From Promethearchaeota archaeon (GTDB lineage Archaea; Asgardarchaeota; Lokiarchaeia; Sigyniarchaeales; SOKP01), in the NCBI GenBank assembly GCA_030606485.1, contig JAUWGH010000003.1:180001-212000 (forward strand): 32,000 nucleotides of DNA, read 5' to 3'. Numbering within the stretch: position 1 is the stretch's first letter; each line of letters starts with the position of its first letter. Below the pieces are notes generated by a model. The model saw only the letters and a list, made by a program, of their open reading frames with translations, had not been told where the DNA came from and searched no databases. The translations under genes were made by a program, and so were the position numbers. This document shows, piece by piece, positions 9,879-18,762 of this stretch.

Positions 9879-10355
9879 TTAGATTTTTTCTTCAAAATAT
9901 AGGATATCTTTTAATGTTCCTTCCCTTTTTTCTTTGGGTTTAAATACAGCCTTAACCTTTACACCGCAAAAATCTCTTTTTAAATCTTTAGTTTTAATTA
10001 TCCCCAATAAAGCACCATCTGTTTTATCAATGTCAATCAGAGCAATGATCTTAGGTTCTTCCATTTTTTTTCCATGGGCATTTATCGTCGCAACTGTGAA
10101 AACTCTAACTGTGCCAGTTGCAGGAACCTCTAGCCAATCACTTTCGGAAATTTCCTGGAAACAATCCTCACAATATAATCTTGCGGGGAATAATACTTTT
10201 CCACATTTCTTACATTTTGTTGCAAGGAATGTATCTTTTTCCATCAAGTGTCTAAAGAATCGATCCCCTGCAACACCATTTGTATACATGTAGTCTGCTT
10301 GCATATCTCCACGCCAATGCATGGGGGAAGTTGGATCTGTCTGTTTTTCTAACAT
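9879..10355 (-). CDS. DUF35 Zn-ribbon/OB-fold thiolase partner protein
   Basis: CKKCGKVLFPARLYCEDC zinc ribbon followed by an OB fold ending VKAVFKP..REGTLKDI.YF. Confidence 0.9.
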   Translation of the reverse strand: MLEKQTDPTSPMHWRGDMQADYMYTNGVAGDRFFRHLMEKDTFLATKCKKCGKVLFPARLYCEDCFQEISESDWLEVPATGTVRVFTVATINAHGKKMEEPKIIALIDIDKTDGALLGIIKTKDLKRDFCGVKVKAVFKPKEKREGTLKDILYFEEKI

Positions 10356-10898
10356 TTATTCTTCACCTCCTCTAAAAGGTTTGAAGTATTTTATATCCGT
10401 AATTGACCCTTCTCTTTCGTTTTCTGGCTTCCAAACCGCTTTGACTTTCATACCAATCTTAAGTTCTTCAGGTTTCATCTCTCCAAAATAGTGCATAAAG
10501 CCATGCTTGGGAGATGCTCCGTCAATGGATATAACGCCAATAAGGATTGGTTCTTCAATTCTTCTTGCATCTGCGTCAAGATATGATAAGGAGAAGGTCT
10601 CTACCGTACCCGTATCTTTTAAATATACCCAATCGCTAGTTGGTCCATAGCAATATTCACAAAACATTCTAGGGGGAACTATTACTCTCCTGCATCTATT
10701 ACATTTTATGCCAATAATTTTCCCTGCTTTTAGTTCCTGCAAGAATCTACTCATTGCAGGGCCTAAACTCCAACTATACTGAACTTCTGGCTCCCACCAA
10801 GTGTATGTAATTTTTCGCTCATATATATCTTTATCATGTACGTGCGTTCCTGGGGCATATTTCGGATATGATTCTTTTTGTTCTTTCTTTTCAGTCAT
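10356..10898 (-). CDS. DUF35 Zn-ribbon/OB-fold thiolase partner protein
   Basis: CNRCRRVIVPPRMFCEYC plus OB fold. Start moved from the track's GTG (10907, inside the GGAGGTGA RBS) to ATG 10898. Confidence 0.9.
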   Translation of the reverse strand: MTEKKEQKESYPKYAPGTHVHDKDIYERKITYTWWEPEVQYSWSLGPAMSRFLQELKAGKIIGIKCNRCRRVIVPPRMFCEYCYGPTSDWVYLKDTGTVETFSLSYLDADARRIEEPILIGVISIDGASPKHGFMHYFGEMKPEELKIGMKVKAVWKPENEREGSITDIKYFKPFRGGEE

Positions 10899-10903
10899 TT
10901 CTT

Positions 10904-12064
10904 TCACCTCCTAAGCACAATAACGGTTGCCATTTGCATAATATCTCCCCACGCTTGGCCTACACCAACTCTTGGGTCTCCTGGTATCTGTCTTTTACCT
11001 GCTTTACCTGCTAATTGCCAATATACTTCGCAAACTTTTTGTCCCATTGTAGCTGCAATTGGGTTACCCACACCTAATAAACCTCCGGATGGACATATAG
11101 GAAGGTCGCCATCTCTTTGAGTAACGCCTTCCCGCGTTAGAATGGGAGCTTCACCCTTTTTACATAACAAAAGGCCTTCCATATGATGTAGTTCTTTGTA
11201 ATCAAATGGATCGTAAGGCTCTGCAAAGTCTATATCTTTTGGTGGGTTTGTAATTCCCGCCATTTTATAGGCCATTTTTGCAGCTGTTGCTACATAACGT
11301 GGGAAGCATAAGTCTCGATTAGTCCACATAGTACTGTCAATACCCCAACCCACACCATCTACCCAGATTGGGTCATCTGTAAACTGATGTACTTTATCTT
11401 TGCTACAATAGATTAATGCCGATGCTCCATCACTTGGAGGGCTAACATCTAATCTCTGCACAGGCCAAGCCATAACTTCAGAATTCAAAACATCATCAAT
11501 AGTGATGTTTGGATCTGCTAACTGGGCACATGGATGACCAACGGCATTTCTTTTGTTTTTCACAGCCACTCGTGCTATGTCTTCTTTTTTTATGTTGTAG
11601 ACCGTCATATATCTGTTCATTTCCATTGCAAATAACCAAATCAGATTGGGGTTGAGCGGTCTATCAATAATAGGGTCCCAAATATGTCTAAACGCTGTCT
11701 GAGGATGTGGATAACAAGAACCCATTTTTTCTTCGCATACTACCATTACAATATCAGCAACGCCTGATGCTACATGCCACCATCCTGCAATAGGAGCAAA
11801 AACACCTGTTCCCCCACCATTAAACACTCTAACATATGGCTTTCCTGCCGCAGCTGCACCATCTATTAGATTCTCTCCCTTCATATGAATGCCATCGAAA
11901 GCGTCAGGAGCACTTCCCATGACTACCATATCAAGATCTGACTTTTGAATGCCAGCTTCTTCTAAAGCCATTTTTGCTGCTAAAAAAGAAAGTTCCTTTC
12001 CAGTTTCCTTTAACCGTCTGCGGAACAAAGTCATCCCAGCTCCAATAACTGCTACATCTTTCAT
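10904..12064 (-). CDS. Thiolase-fold protein lacking the nucleophilic Cys (Ltp3-like)
   Basis: VAVIGAGMT; RVFNGGGTG where canonical thiolases have CxSG; EPYDPF; SGGLLGVGNP. Confidence 0.88.
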   Translation of the reverse strand: MKDVAVIGAGMTLFRRRLKETGKELSFLAAKMALEEAGIQKSDLDMVVMGSAPDAFDGIHMKGENLIDGAAAAGKPYVRVFNGGGTGVFAPIAGWWHVASGVADIVMVVCEEKMGSCYPHPQTAFRHIWDPIIDRPLNPNLIWLFAMEMNRYMTVYNIKKEDIARVAVKNKRNAVGHPCAQLADPNITIDDVLNSEVMAWPVQRLDVSPPSDGASALIYCSKDKVHQFTDDPIWVDGVGWGIDSTMWTNRDLCFPRYVATAAKMAYKMAGITNPPKDIDFAEPYDPFDYKELHHMEGLLLCKKGEAPILTREGVTQRDGDLPICPSGGLLGVGNPIAATMGQKVCEVYWQLAGKAGKRQIPGDPRVGVGQAWGDIMQMATVIVLRR

Positions 12065-12078
12065 TTTTTTTCCACCTC

Positions 12079-13323
12079 CTATCCCCTCTTAAATATTGCT
12101 ACTGCCCCACTTCCCGAGGGTATTCCACGCCAAGCTTGCGCAATACCAATTTCTGCACCTGGAACTTGTCTCTTTCCTGCGTATCCTCGCAACTGAGTAA
12201 CAATTTCTAAAGACTTTTGCAATCCTGTGGCTTCAAGGCTATTTCCCACTCCTAAAGAACCGCCAGAAGTGTTTGTTGGAAAGGACCCCTTTACATCCAG
12301 TACCCCTTCTTCAAGCATCTGAGCTGCTTCCCCTGGTCTTGCCAGTCCCATTGCTTCTAGATGTTGAAGTTCCTTATAGGAAAATCTATCATCTACTTCT
12401 GCGATGTCTATCTCTTTTCTTGGTTGTAGTATCCCTGCCATTTTATAAGCCATCTTTGCTGCTTTGGTTGCATAGGCAGCATCCATGCCCCTTGTTGAAA
12501 GCCATGGCGTTTCAGAGCTCCAACCAAATCCTGATAGGTAAATAAGTTCTACACCCAAATTCTTTGCTGTTTTCTCATCAGCAAGAACAAAACTCACTGC
12601 CCCATCGACATTGGGGCTAATATCCAATCTTTTTATGGGTTTGAAGAGATATTCAGAACTCATTACATCATCAACACTTATTTTTGCTTCATAATCTGCA
12701 TATGGGTTATTAAAAGCGTTTTTCTTGTTTTTTACTACAACTGATGCGCACTGTTCTTCTGTGGTGTTTGTTTTTCTTAGATAATGCTGCATCTCTAACC
12801 CTGCTAAAAAGTAAGGGTGAATTCGCTCTTTTTCATCTGTACTACCTACAAGAGGTTTTGGGCGCTCTTTGGAGTATGAAGGACTACCCGCATAATTTGG
12901 CCTTTCAACAGGCCCAGAAATTGGCCTTTCAAAAATTGGATCATAGGCAAACAGTACAATGTCTCCGTACGTAAGCATATCCGAAGCTTTACTATGAGCT
13001 TCTACTGCTACTACATCTACTATACCAGTCTTTATTTGCATATAAGCATTTCCTAATCCATATATTCCATCACCACAAACCGTACAACAAGGTCTCAATA
13101 CCGCTCCAATTTGATCGGGCACAAATTCATCGAAAATACTAAATCCTTCCCAATAATCTTCAGCACATGTTATAAAACTGTCTATATCTTTTCTAGGATC
13201 AACTCCGGCATCTACATATGATTTCTGACAAGCTTCATACATGATTTCTTTCCATTGCATATCTGGAGTCATGGAATTGAAATCTGTATGGCCAATTCCA
13301 ATAACACATACTTTCCTTGACAT
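12079..13323 (-). CDS. Thiolase-fold protein lacking canonical catalytic residues (Ltp4-like)
   Basis: VCVIGIGHT, DYWEG, DGAVSFVLA, EVDDRFSY, SGGSLGVGNS. Start placed at ATG 13323 after AGGGTGGTGA; the track's 13335 GTG lies in the RBS. Confidence 0.88.
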   Translation of the reverse strand: MSRKVCVIGIGHTDFNSMTPDMQWKEIMYEACQKSYVDAGVDPRKDIDSFITCAEDYWEGFSIFDEFVPDQIGAVLRPCCTVCGDGIYGLGNAYMQIKTGIVDVVAVEAHSKASDMLTYGDIVLFAYDPIFERPISGPVERPNYAGSPSYSKERPKPLVGSTDEKERIHPYFLAGLEMQHYLRKTNTTEEQCASVVVKNKKNAFNNPYADYEAKISVDDVMSSEYLFKPIKRLDISPNVDGAVSFVLADEKTAKNLGVELIYLSGFGWSSETPWLSTRGMDAAYATKAAKMAYKMAGILQPRKEIDIAEVDDRFSYKELQHLEAMGLARPGEAAQMLEEGVLDVKGSFPTNTSGGSLGVGNSLEATGLQKSLEIVTQLRGYAGKRQVPGAEIGIAQAWRGIPSGSGAVAIFKRG

Positions 13324-13682
13324 CTTTTTCACCACCCTTTATGAGGGTTTTTTCTATTTTTTGTTTTATAATTAGATTTAATCATATATTATCATCTTTG
13401 AATTTTTTTTTTTTGAAAATTTTTGTTAATAATTTATTACATAAAGGATTATATTAAAATTAATTAGATTAAGATGATTATTTATTTTTCTGATTTCATA
13501 TCGTTTCAATCTCTTAATTTAGTAAATCATTCTAAATTCTTGATATTGACAAATTTTTATTCTGTTATAATTAGATTTGTATTTTAAGAATAGTGAATTT
13601 AATTGTGAAACTAGAATCTTATATCTTATCTAATAATTAAATAATTATCAATATTCAATAAAAGCAAAAATGAACGGTTAAA

Positions 13683-15218
13683 ATGGTTGAAGTAGAGACT
13701 TTTTTTTGGTGGAATGATGAACAGAAAGAATTTGCTAAAAAAGTTGCTCAGTTTGTAGAGGATAATTTAGAGGAAGCAGAACTTTATTTTTGGAAGCAAA
13801 AATTCCCTCATTCAATAGTAAAAAAAGTTGCAAAAGAAGGTTTTTTCGGACCTGGCGTTCCAAAGAAATATGGAGGGTTAGAATTGGGAGCTACGGGAGG
13901 TTGCATTGCAGCCGAACAATTAGGGAGGTTATATGCAGTTGGACATGTCTTTACAGTATCAATGTTGGCCGGATTAGAACAAATTTTAAGATTCGGTACA
14001 GAAGAACAAAAGGAGGTGTGGCTTCCTTCTGTTGCAGATGGTTCGGAAATAGGGGCAGTATGTATTACGGAACCATTTGCAGGGTCGGATGCGGCAAATG
14101 TTATGACAACGGCAACTAAAGATGGAGATGAGTGGATTTTAAATGGTAAAAAGAGAATGATAACTGCTGCTGGAGTTGCTGATAGGTATTTTATATACGC
14201 TAAAACGAGCGACGATCCTGCGAACCGAAAGCAGTACGCGCATATAACCAGTTTTGTGGTCAAGAAAGGTACTCCAGGATTTAGTCTCGAAAAGATAAAT
14301 CCTCTTATAGGTTTTGATAATGCTCCTAATGGTTATATAGATTTTGATAACGTTAGGATCCCCGATTTCAATAGAGTTGGTGAAGTAGGGAAAGGATGGG
14401 CTGTTATGATGGCAGCTTTAAATTTTGAGCGGTTGATTGGTTCTGCAGTTTTAATAGGTGGGGTTAAGGATATCATCAAATTTGTCTTCCACTATACTAA
14501 ACGCAGAATTCAATTTAATAGGCCCATTAATCGTATCAGAAACATTCAGTTTGACATTGCTGATATCATCACTAAATACAAAATAGCGAGGTTATACTCA
14601 TATCATACTGCACATCAACTCGATTCCGGTATGGAGCCGATGATTGAAGCGTCAATTGCGAAGCTAATGAACACTGAATATCTTGTAGATATAACAAGAA
14701 AAGCCATACAGGTTTGCGGTGGCGACGCTCTTACTAAATTTTATCCCCTCGAAAGAATGTATAGAGAAGCGAAAATAGGTGAAATAGTAGCTGGAACTTC
14801 TGAAATCCAAAGATTGATTATATATCGCTTTTCAGCGATGCTTCCGAGGTGGAATGTCCCTATAAAATTCAGATGGAACGATGAGGTAAATGCTCCTTTA
14901 ATATCAAAGAGAGATTCCAGGTTTAAAGGTTTAGAAATTAACGAAGAAAATTTATTAAAAATAATTGCGGATGATTATAGGATAAATCCAGGGATTTACA
15001 TGACATTAGATGATATCAGAGAAGATATCGGGGGAAGTAGAGTTAAAATAAAACAGGGTATTGAATCTCTTGAAAATCAAGGATTGATTGTTTGTCATCG
15101 TGATCGAAGTGGAAAGATTGGTCTTGTTAAGGCTACATACAAAGGACTTTCAGAAGCCTTTCCAAAAGAATATTATAGATGGTTTCCTTCTTGGTATGAT
15201 GAAGCAGATAAATTCTAA
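13683..15218 (+). CDS. Acyl-CoA dehydrogenase (isovaleryl-CoA dehydrogenase-type catalytic arrangement) with ~115-aa C-terminal winged-helix-like extension
   Basis: ITEPFAGSD, LNGKKRMIT, LNFERL (helix-G Glu), EIVAGTSEIQR (Ala at the MCAD-type Glu position); extension MTLDDIREDIGGSRVKIKQGIESLENQGLIVCHRDRSG. Confidence 0.9.
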   Translation: MVEVETFFWWNDEQKEFAKKVAQFVEDNLEEAELYFWKQKFPHSIVKKVAKEGFFGPGVPKKYGGLELGATGGCIAAEQLGRLYAVGHVFTVSMLAGLEQILRFGTEEQKEVWLPSVADGSEIGAVCITEPFAGSDAANVMTTATKDGDEWILNGKKRMITAAGVADRYFIYAKTSDDPANRKQYAHITSFVVKKGTPGFSLEKINPLIGFDNAPNGYIDFDNVRIPDFNRVGEVGKGWAVMMAALNFERLIGSAVLIGGVKDIIKFVFHYTKRRIQFNRPINRIRNIQFDIADIITKYKIARLYSYHTAHQLDSGMEPMIEASIAKLMNTEYLVDITRKAIQVCGGDALTKFYPLERMYREAKIGEIVAGTSEIQRLIIYRFSAMLPRWNVPIKFRWNDEVNAPLISKRDSRFKGLEINEENLLKIIADDYRINPGIYMTLDDIREDIGGSRVKIKQGIESLENQGLIVCHRDRSGKIGLVKATYKGLSEAFPKEYYRWFPSWYDEADKF

Positions 15219-15373
15219 ACATTATTTCTTATCTTTTTTTTATTTTATGTATTAATATTATAATTTTCAAATATATTAAAAGAGCTTTAGAACCTTTTTA
15301 ATTCATAATAAAAATTTATAAAATAAATCAATAAATTCTAATTATTTCTTTTACCAATAAGTTTTTCATTTGA

Positions 15374-16366
15374 GTGAATGATTTGGAACATAACGTTGAA
15401 AACAAAACTGAAGATAAGAAAAGATATCTTAGTATAGATGTATTTAAAGGATTGACCATTGTATTAATGGTTTTTGTAAATTCAGTCCAATTATTTGAAA
15501 GTGTTCCTGCTTGGACTAAACACGCAGGAGATTATGGACTTACCTATGCAGATCTAATTGCTCCATTCTTTGTTTTCATGATGGCACTCAATTTTAAAAC
15601 ATCATTTCAGCGTCGATTAGAACAAAATGGAAGGTTAAAAGCATATATTCACTTTATTCGGAGATATTTAATACTAATTGGAGTTGGACTTCTAATGAGC
15701 ATTAATGAAGATATGGGAGTTATTTATTTTAGATGGGGCACACTTCAAGTGCTTGGTATATCGGGTCTTATATTATTGCCATTAATCGAATTAAAACCAG
15801 AGATAAGGATAATTTTTGCATGTGTAGGACTGGTTTTATATCAAATTCTAATAGGAACCGATGTGAGTGAAATAATATATGATGGAGTTGAAGGTGGAAT
15901 TATTGGCTCACTTTCTTGGGGTGTAATGATGATTTTATCTTCTGTTATAGCAGAAGGATTAGTTAAAAGAAAAACTAATATATATTTTCTGTTAGGGGGA
16001 ATAATTTGCACAATTTTAGGTATTAGCACACATTTTATCTGGGGAATTAGTAGGCCTTATGTATCTAGTCCATATATTTTAATAAGCGTTGGAATTGCTT
16101 CTTTATTATTTTATGGGATCTATTATATCTTCGAAATTTGGGGTAGGGACTATAAATTTTCACAAAAAGATAATTTTTTAAGTGTTATGGGGAAAAACGC
16201 CTTTATATTGTTTCTTTTGCATTGGCTTTTATTTATTATTACATATTTAATACTTCCATCAGACACTCACTTCTTAATTGTGTTTATTTGTGCTTTTATA
16301 AATATTTTTATCATTTGGATAATTGCTTTTATTATGAATCGAGAAAAGATATTCATTATAATATGA
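15374..16366 (+). CDS. Heparan-alpha-glucosaminide N-acetyltransferase (HGSNAT)-like membrane acyltransferase
   Basis: RYLSIDVFKGLTIVLMVFVN, WTKHA..GLTYADLIAPFFVF, RWGTLQVLG, SSPYIL; multiple TM segments; GTG start. Confidence 0.8.
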   Translation: MNDLEHNVENKTEDKKRYLSIDVFKGLTIVLMVFVNSVQLFESVPAWTKHAGDYGLTYADLIAPFFVFMMALNFKTSFQRRLEQNGRLKAYIHFIRRYLILIGVGLLMSINEDMGVIYFRWGTLQVLGISGLILLPLIELKPEIRIIFACVGLVLYQILIGTDVSEIIYDGVEGGIIGSLSWGVMMILSSVIAEGLVKRKTNIYFLLGGIICTILGISTHFIWGISRPYVSSPYILISVGIASLLFYGIYYIFEIWGRDYKFSQKDNFLSVMGKNAFILFLLHWLLFIITYLILPSDTHFLIVFICAFINIFIIWIIAFIMNREKIFIII

Positions 16367-16502
16367 TTGCTGTATAAGTTTTTAATTTTCCTTTCTCTAA
16401 AGAGTTATACTTACTAAATTTATTTGAAAAATAATAAAAAATAACAATTATTAATTCTTTTACTGAAAAGAATTATGTCAATATTTAATTGAGGTTAAAA
16501 AA

Positions 16503-17735
16503 TTGGAAAAAGTAGCAATAATTGGTATAGGAATTACTCCTTTTAAAGCACGTTATTTAGATAAAACCTATTTTGAGTTAGCTTATGATGCAACTAAATT
16601 AGCTCTCGAAGATGCAAATAAACAAGGCGCTGAAATTACACATAAAGATTTACAATCTACCGTATATGGGATTTATAATGAGTTATTTGAACGTCAATTT
16701 ATGCCAGATATATTTATTAATAGTTATATAGGGATGAACAATAAGCCAGGAACACGAATTGCTTCAGGTGGCGCAACTGGAGGATATACTGTGAGAATGG
16801 CTTACGCAGAAGTTGCTTCTGGTTTGTCAGATTTGTGCTTATGCTTAGGTGTGGAAAAGTGCAACGACTGTTATGATATACAAACCGGAACGACCACCCC
16901 CGAAGTTCTGAATGCGATTGCTTATTCAGCTGACATGACATATGAGTACCCAATGGGAATGATGGCAGCGTCCTCGTATGTATCTATGGTTAATGCCCAT
17001 TTCGAAGAGTTTGGTAGTCCAACGGAAGAGCAGATGGCACTTGTCAGTGTAAAAAATCACGGGAACGCAATAAATAATCCAAAAGCTCAATCACCAATGA
17101 AAATAACCGTAGAAGATGTAATGAATTCGAGAATTATTTGTTATCCGTTTAAAATGTTAGATTGCTGTTTATATTCAGAAGCATCCGCGGCATTAATTTT
17201 AGCCAACGAAGAAAAAGTTAAGGAATTGAAGATCGATAATCCAATCTGGATTACTGGTGTAGCTGCCGCAAATACAGATTGTTTTATTGGAAACAGAGAG
17301 GATATGGGAAGACTTTATTCAAATATATACGCAGCAAAAGCAGCCTATAAAATGGCAGGATTAGATTATAATAAAATCAAGGAACAAATAGATGTTGCAG
17401 AATTACATGACGCATTCTCTGGGCAAGAAGTAATTAGCTATGAAGAGCTAGGATTTGTTCCTTTCGGCGAAGGTGGTAAATGGATTGAAGAAGGAGGTCC
17501 TATGATAGATGGAGAATTACCTTGTTGTCCCTGTGGAGGATTGATTGGATGTGGACATGCTGTTGGGGCAACTGGAATAATGTCAACTGGCGAAGCGGCG
17601 CTTCAATTAAGAGGTGATGCTGGAAAACATCAAATAATAATTGAAAAGGGACGGGGTTTAGCGCATTCAATCGGAGGTCCTGGTGCAGCATATGCAGCTA
17701 TAATAATAATGGAAAATCAGGAGGCGAAAAAATAA
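16503..17735 (+). CDS. SCP2/SCPx-type thiolase-fold protein (nucleophilic Cys position replaced)
   Basis: VAIIGIGITPF, IASGGATG, VKNHGNAINNP, ELHDAF, GGLIGCGHAVGATG; TTG start after GAGG. Confidence 0.9.
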   Translation: MEKVAIIGIGITPFKARYLDKTYFELAYDATKLALEDANKQGAEITHKDLQSTVYGIYNELFERQFMPDIFINSYIGMNNKPGTRIASGGATGGYTVRMAYAEVASGLSDLCLCLGVEKCNDCYDIQTGTTTPEVLNAIAYSADMTYEYPMGMMAASSYVSMVNAHFEEFGSPTEEQMALVSVKNHGNAINNPKAQSPMKITVEDVMNSRIICYPFKMLDCCLYSEASAALILANEEKVKELKIDNPIWITGVAAANTDCFIGNREDMGRLYSNIYAAKAAYKMAGLDYNKIKEQIDVAELHDAFSGQEVISYEELGFVPFGEGGKWIEEGGPMIDGELPCCPCGGLIGCGHAVGATGIMSTGEAALQLRGDAGKHQIIIEKGRGLAHSIGGPGAAYAAIIIMENQEAKK

Positions 17736-17736
17736 A

Positions 17737-18228
17737 ATGGAATTTCAAGCACATCAAATAAAAGATATACTTAAAATTGATTATAGGTATACTATGGGAG
17801 GACAATCTAAGTTTTTCATAGAGTTGATGAATAATAAAAAACTATTAGGCACAAAATGTACTAAATGCGGAAAGATTTGGATGCCTCCAAGAATAAATTG
17901 CTCGGAATGCTACGAACCAGCGGAGTGGGTCGAGATGAAACAAACCGGAACAATAGAAGTTAGCACCATTGTATGGTATACTACATCTGCTTTTATTAAG
18001 GCGATTCCCTACGGAATTGGTTTTATTAGATTAGATGGTGCGGATACAGCGATGCTTCAAGGAATATTTTCCGAGAATTTAATTCCATCTAAAGTAAAGA
18101 AAGGAAAAAAAGTAAGAGCAGTATTTCAAAAAGAAAGGGAAGGAAAAATGACAGATTTTTTCTTTGTGCCAGAAGATGAATATGAATCTTGGATAATAAA
18201 ACCAGAATATGAGGGGGGTTCAGAATGA
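17737..18228 (+). CDS. DUF35 Zn-ribbon/OB-fold thiolase partner protein
   Basis: CTKCGKIWMPPRINCSEC plus OB fold; starts 1 nt after the thiolase stop. Confidence 0.9.
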   Translation: MEFQAHQIKDILKIDYRYTMGGQSKFFIELMNNKKLLGTKCTKCGKIWMPPRINCSECYEPAEWVEMKQTGTIEVSTIVWYTTSAFIKAIPYGIGFIRLDGADTAMLQGIFSENLIPSKVKKGKKVRAVFQKEREGKMTDFFFVPEDEYESWIIKPEYEGGSE

Positions 18229-18590
18229 ACGAAGCTAGAATAGAATTTGAAAAAATAATTGATTTAATAAATAAAACACCAAAATCAAAACAAGTTTTCG
18301 AATCAGAGGATTGGAGATATACTATTCAATTTAAATTGGATGGAGAAGATGATCCTTTTTTTCTCGTTGTCAAGGATGGAATTGGAAAAGTTATTGTAGG
18401 TGAAGATATTAATGCGGACATGTTAATCACTGGTGATAACAATAGTATTATAAAAACCAGTCAAGGGAAAGGTGATTTTACTCACGGAATTAGTCGTGAA
18501 GAGATTTCTGTTGAAAAAGGAAAAGTATTTGAATTAATGCGGATAAGTAGAGCAATCGGAGTTGCATTGAAAATACAAAAAGGGAAATAG
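18225..18590 (+). CDS. SCP2 sterol/lipid-binding domain protein
   Basis: TIQFKLDGE..PFFLVVKDG..KVIVGE..NADMLITGD pattern of SCP2 domains; ATGA overlap with the DUF35 gene. Confidence 0.75.
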   Translation: MNEARIEFEKIIDLINKTPKSKQVFESEDWRYTIQFKLDGEDDPFFLVVKDGIGKVIVGEDINADMLITGDNNSIIKTSQGKGDFTHGISREEISVEKGKVFELMRISRAIGVALKIQKGK

Positions 18591-18661
18591 AATTTATATT
18601 TCAATCAAATTATCTTTTTTTATTTTAATAATGTTCAATCATAAATTTTTAAAATTATTGT

Positions 18662-18700
18662 CATATCCTGTATAAATTGTGTTACCTCAATTTCAATTAT
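18662..18700 (-). pseudogene. Possible third, highly eroded remnant of the AACS 3' end
   Basis: Reads IIEIEVTQFIQDM versus AACS KVEIAVTKIIHGM; 27/39 nt identical by hand alignment. Confidence 0.35.
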
Positions 18701-18730
18701 TTATCTTTAATGATGTTTAAAATAACATAA

Positions 18731-18759
18731 TTATAAATATGTGTATGTGTATGTGTATA
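18731..18759 (+). promoter_or_regulatory. TATA-like box followed by (ATGTGT)3 direct repeat, putative promoter/operator of the vapBC pair
   Basis: TTATAAAT at 18731-18738, then ATGTGT x3 at 18739-18756, ATG at 18763. Confidence 0.45.
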
Positions 18760-18762
18760 AAT

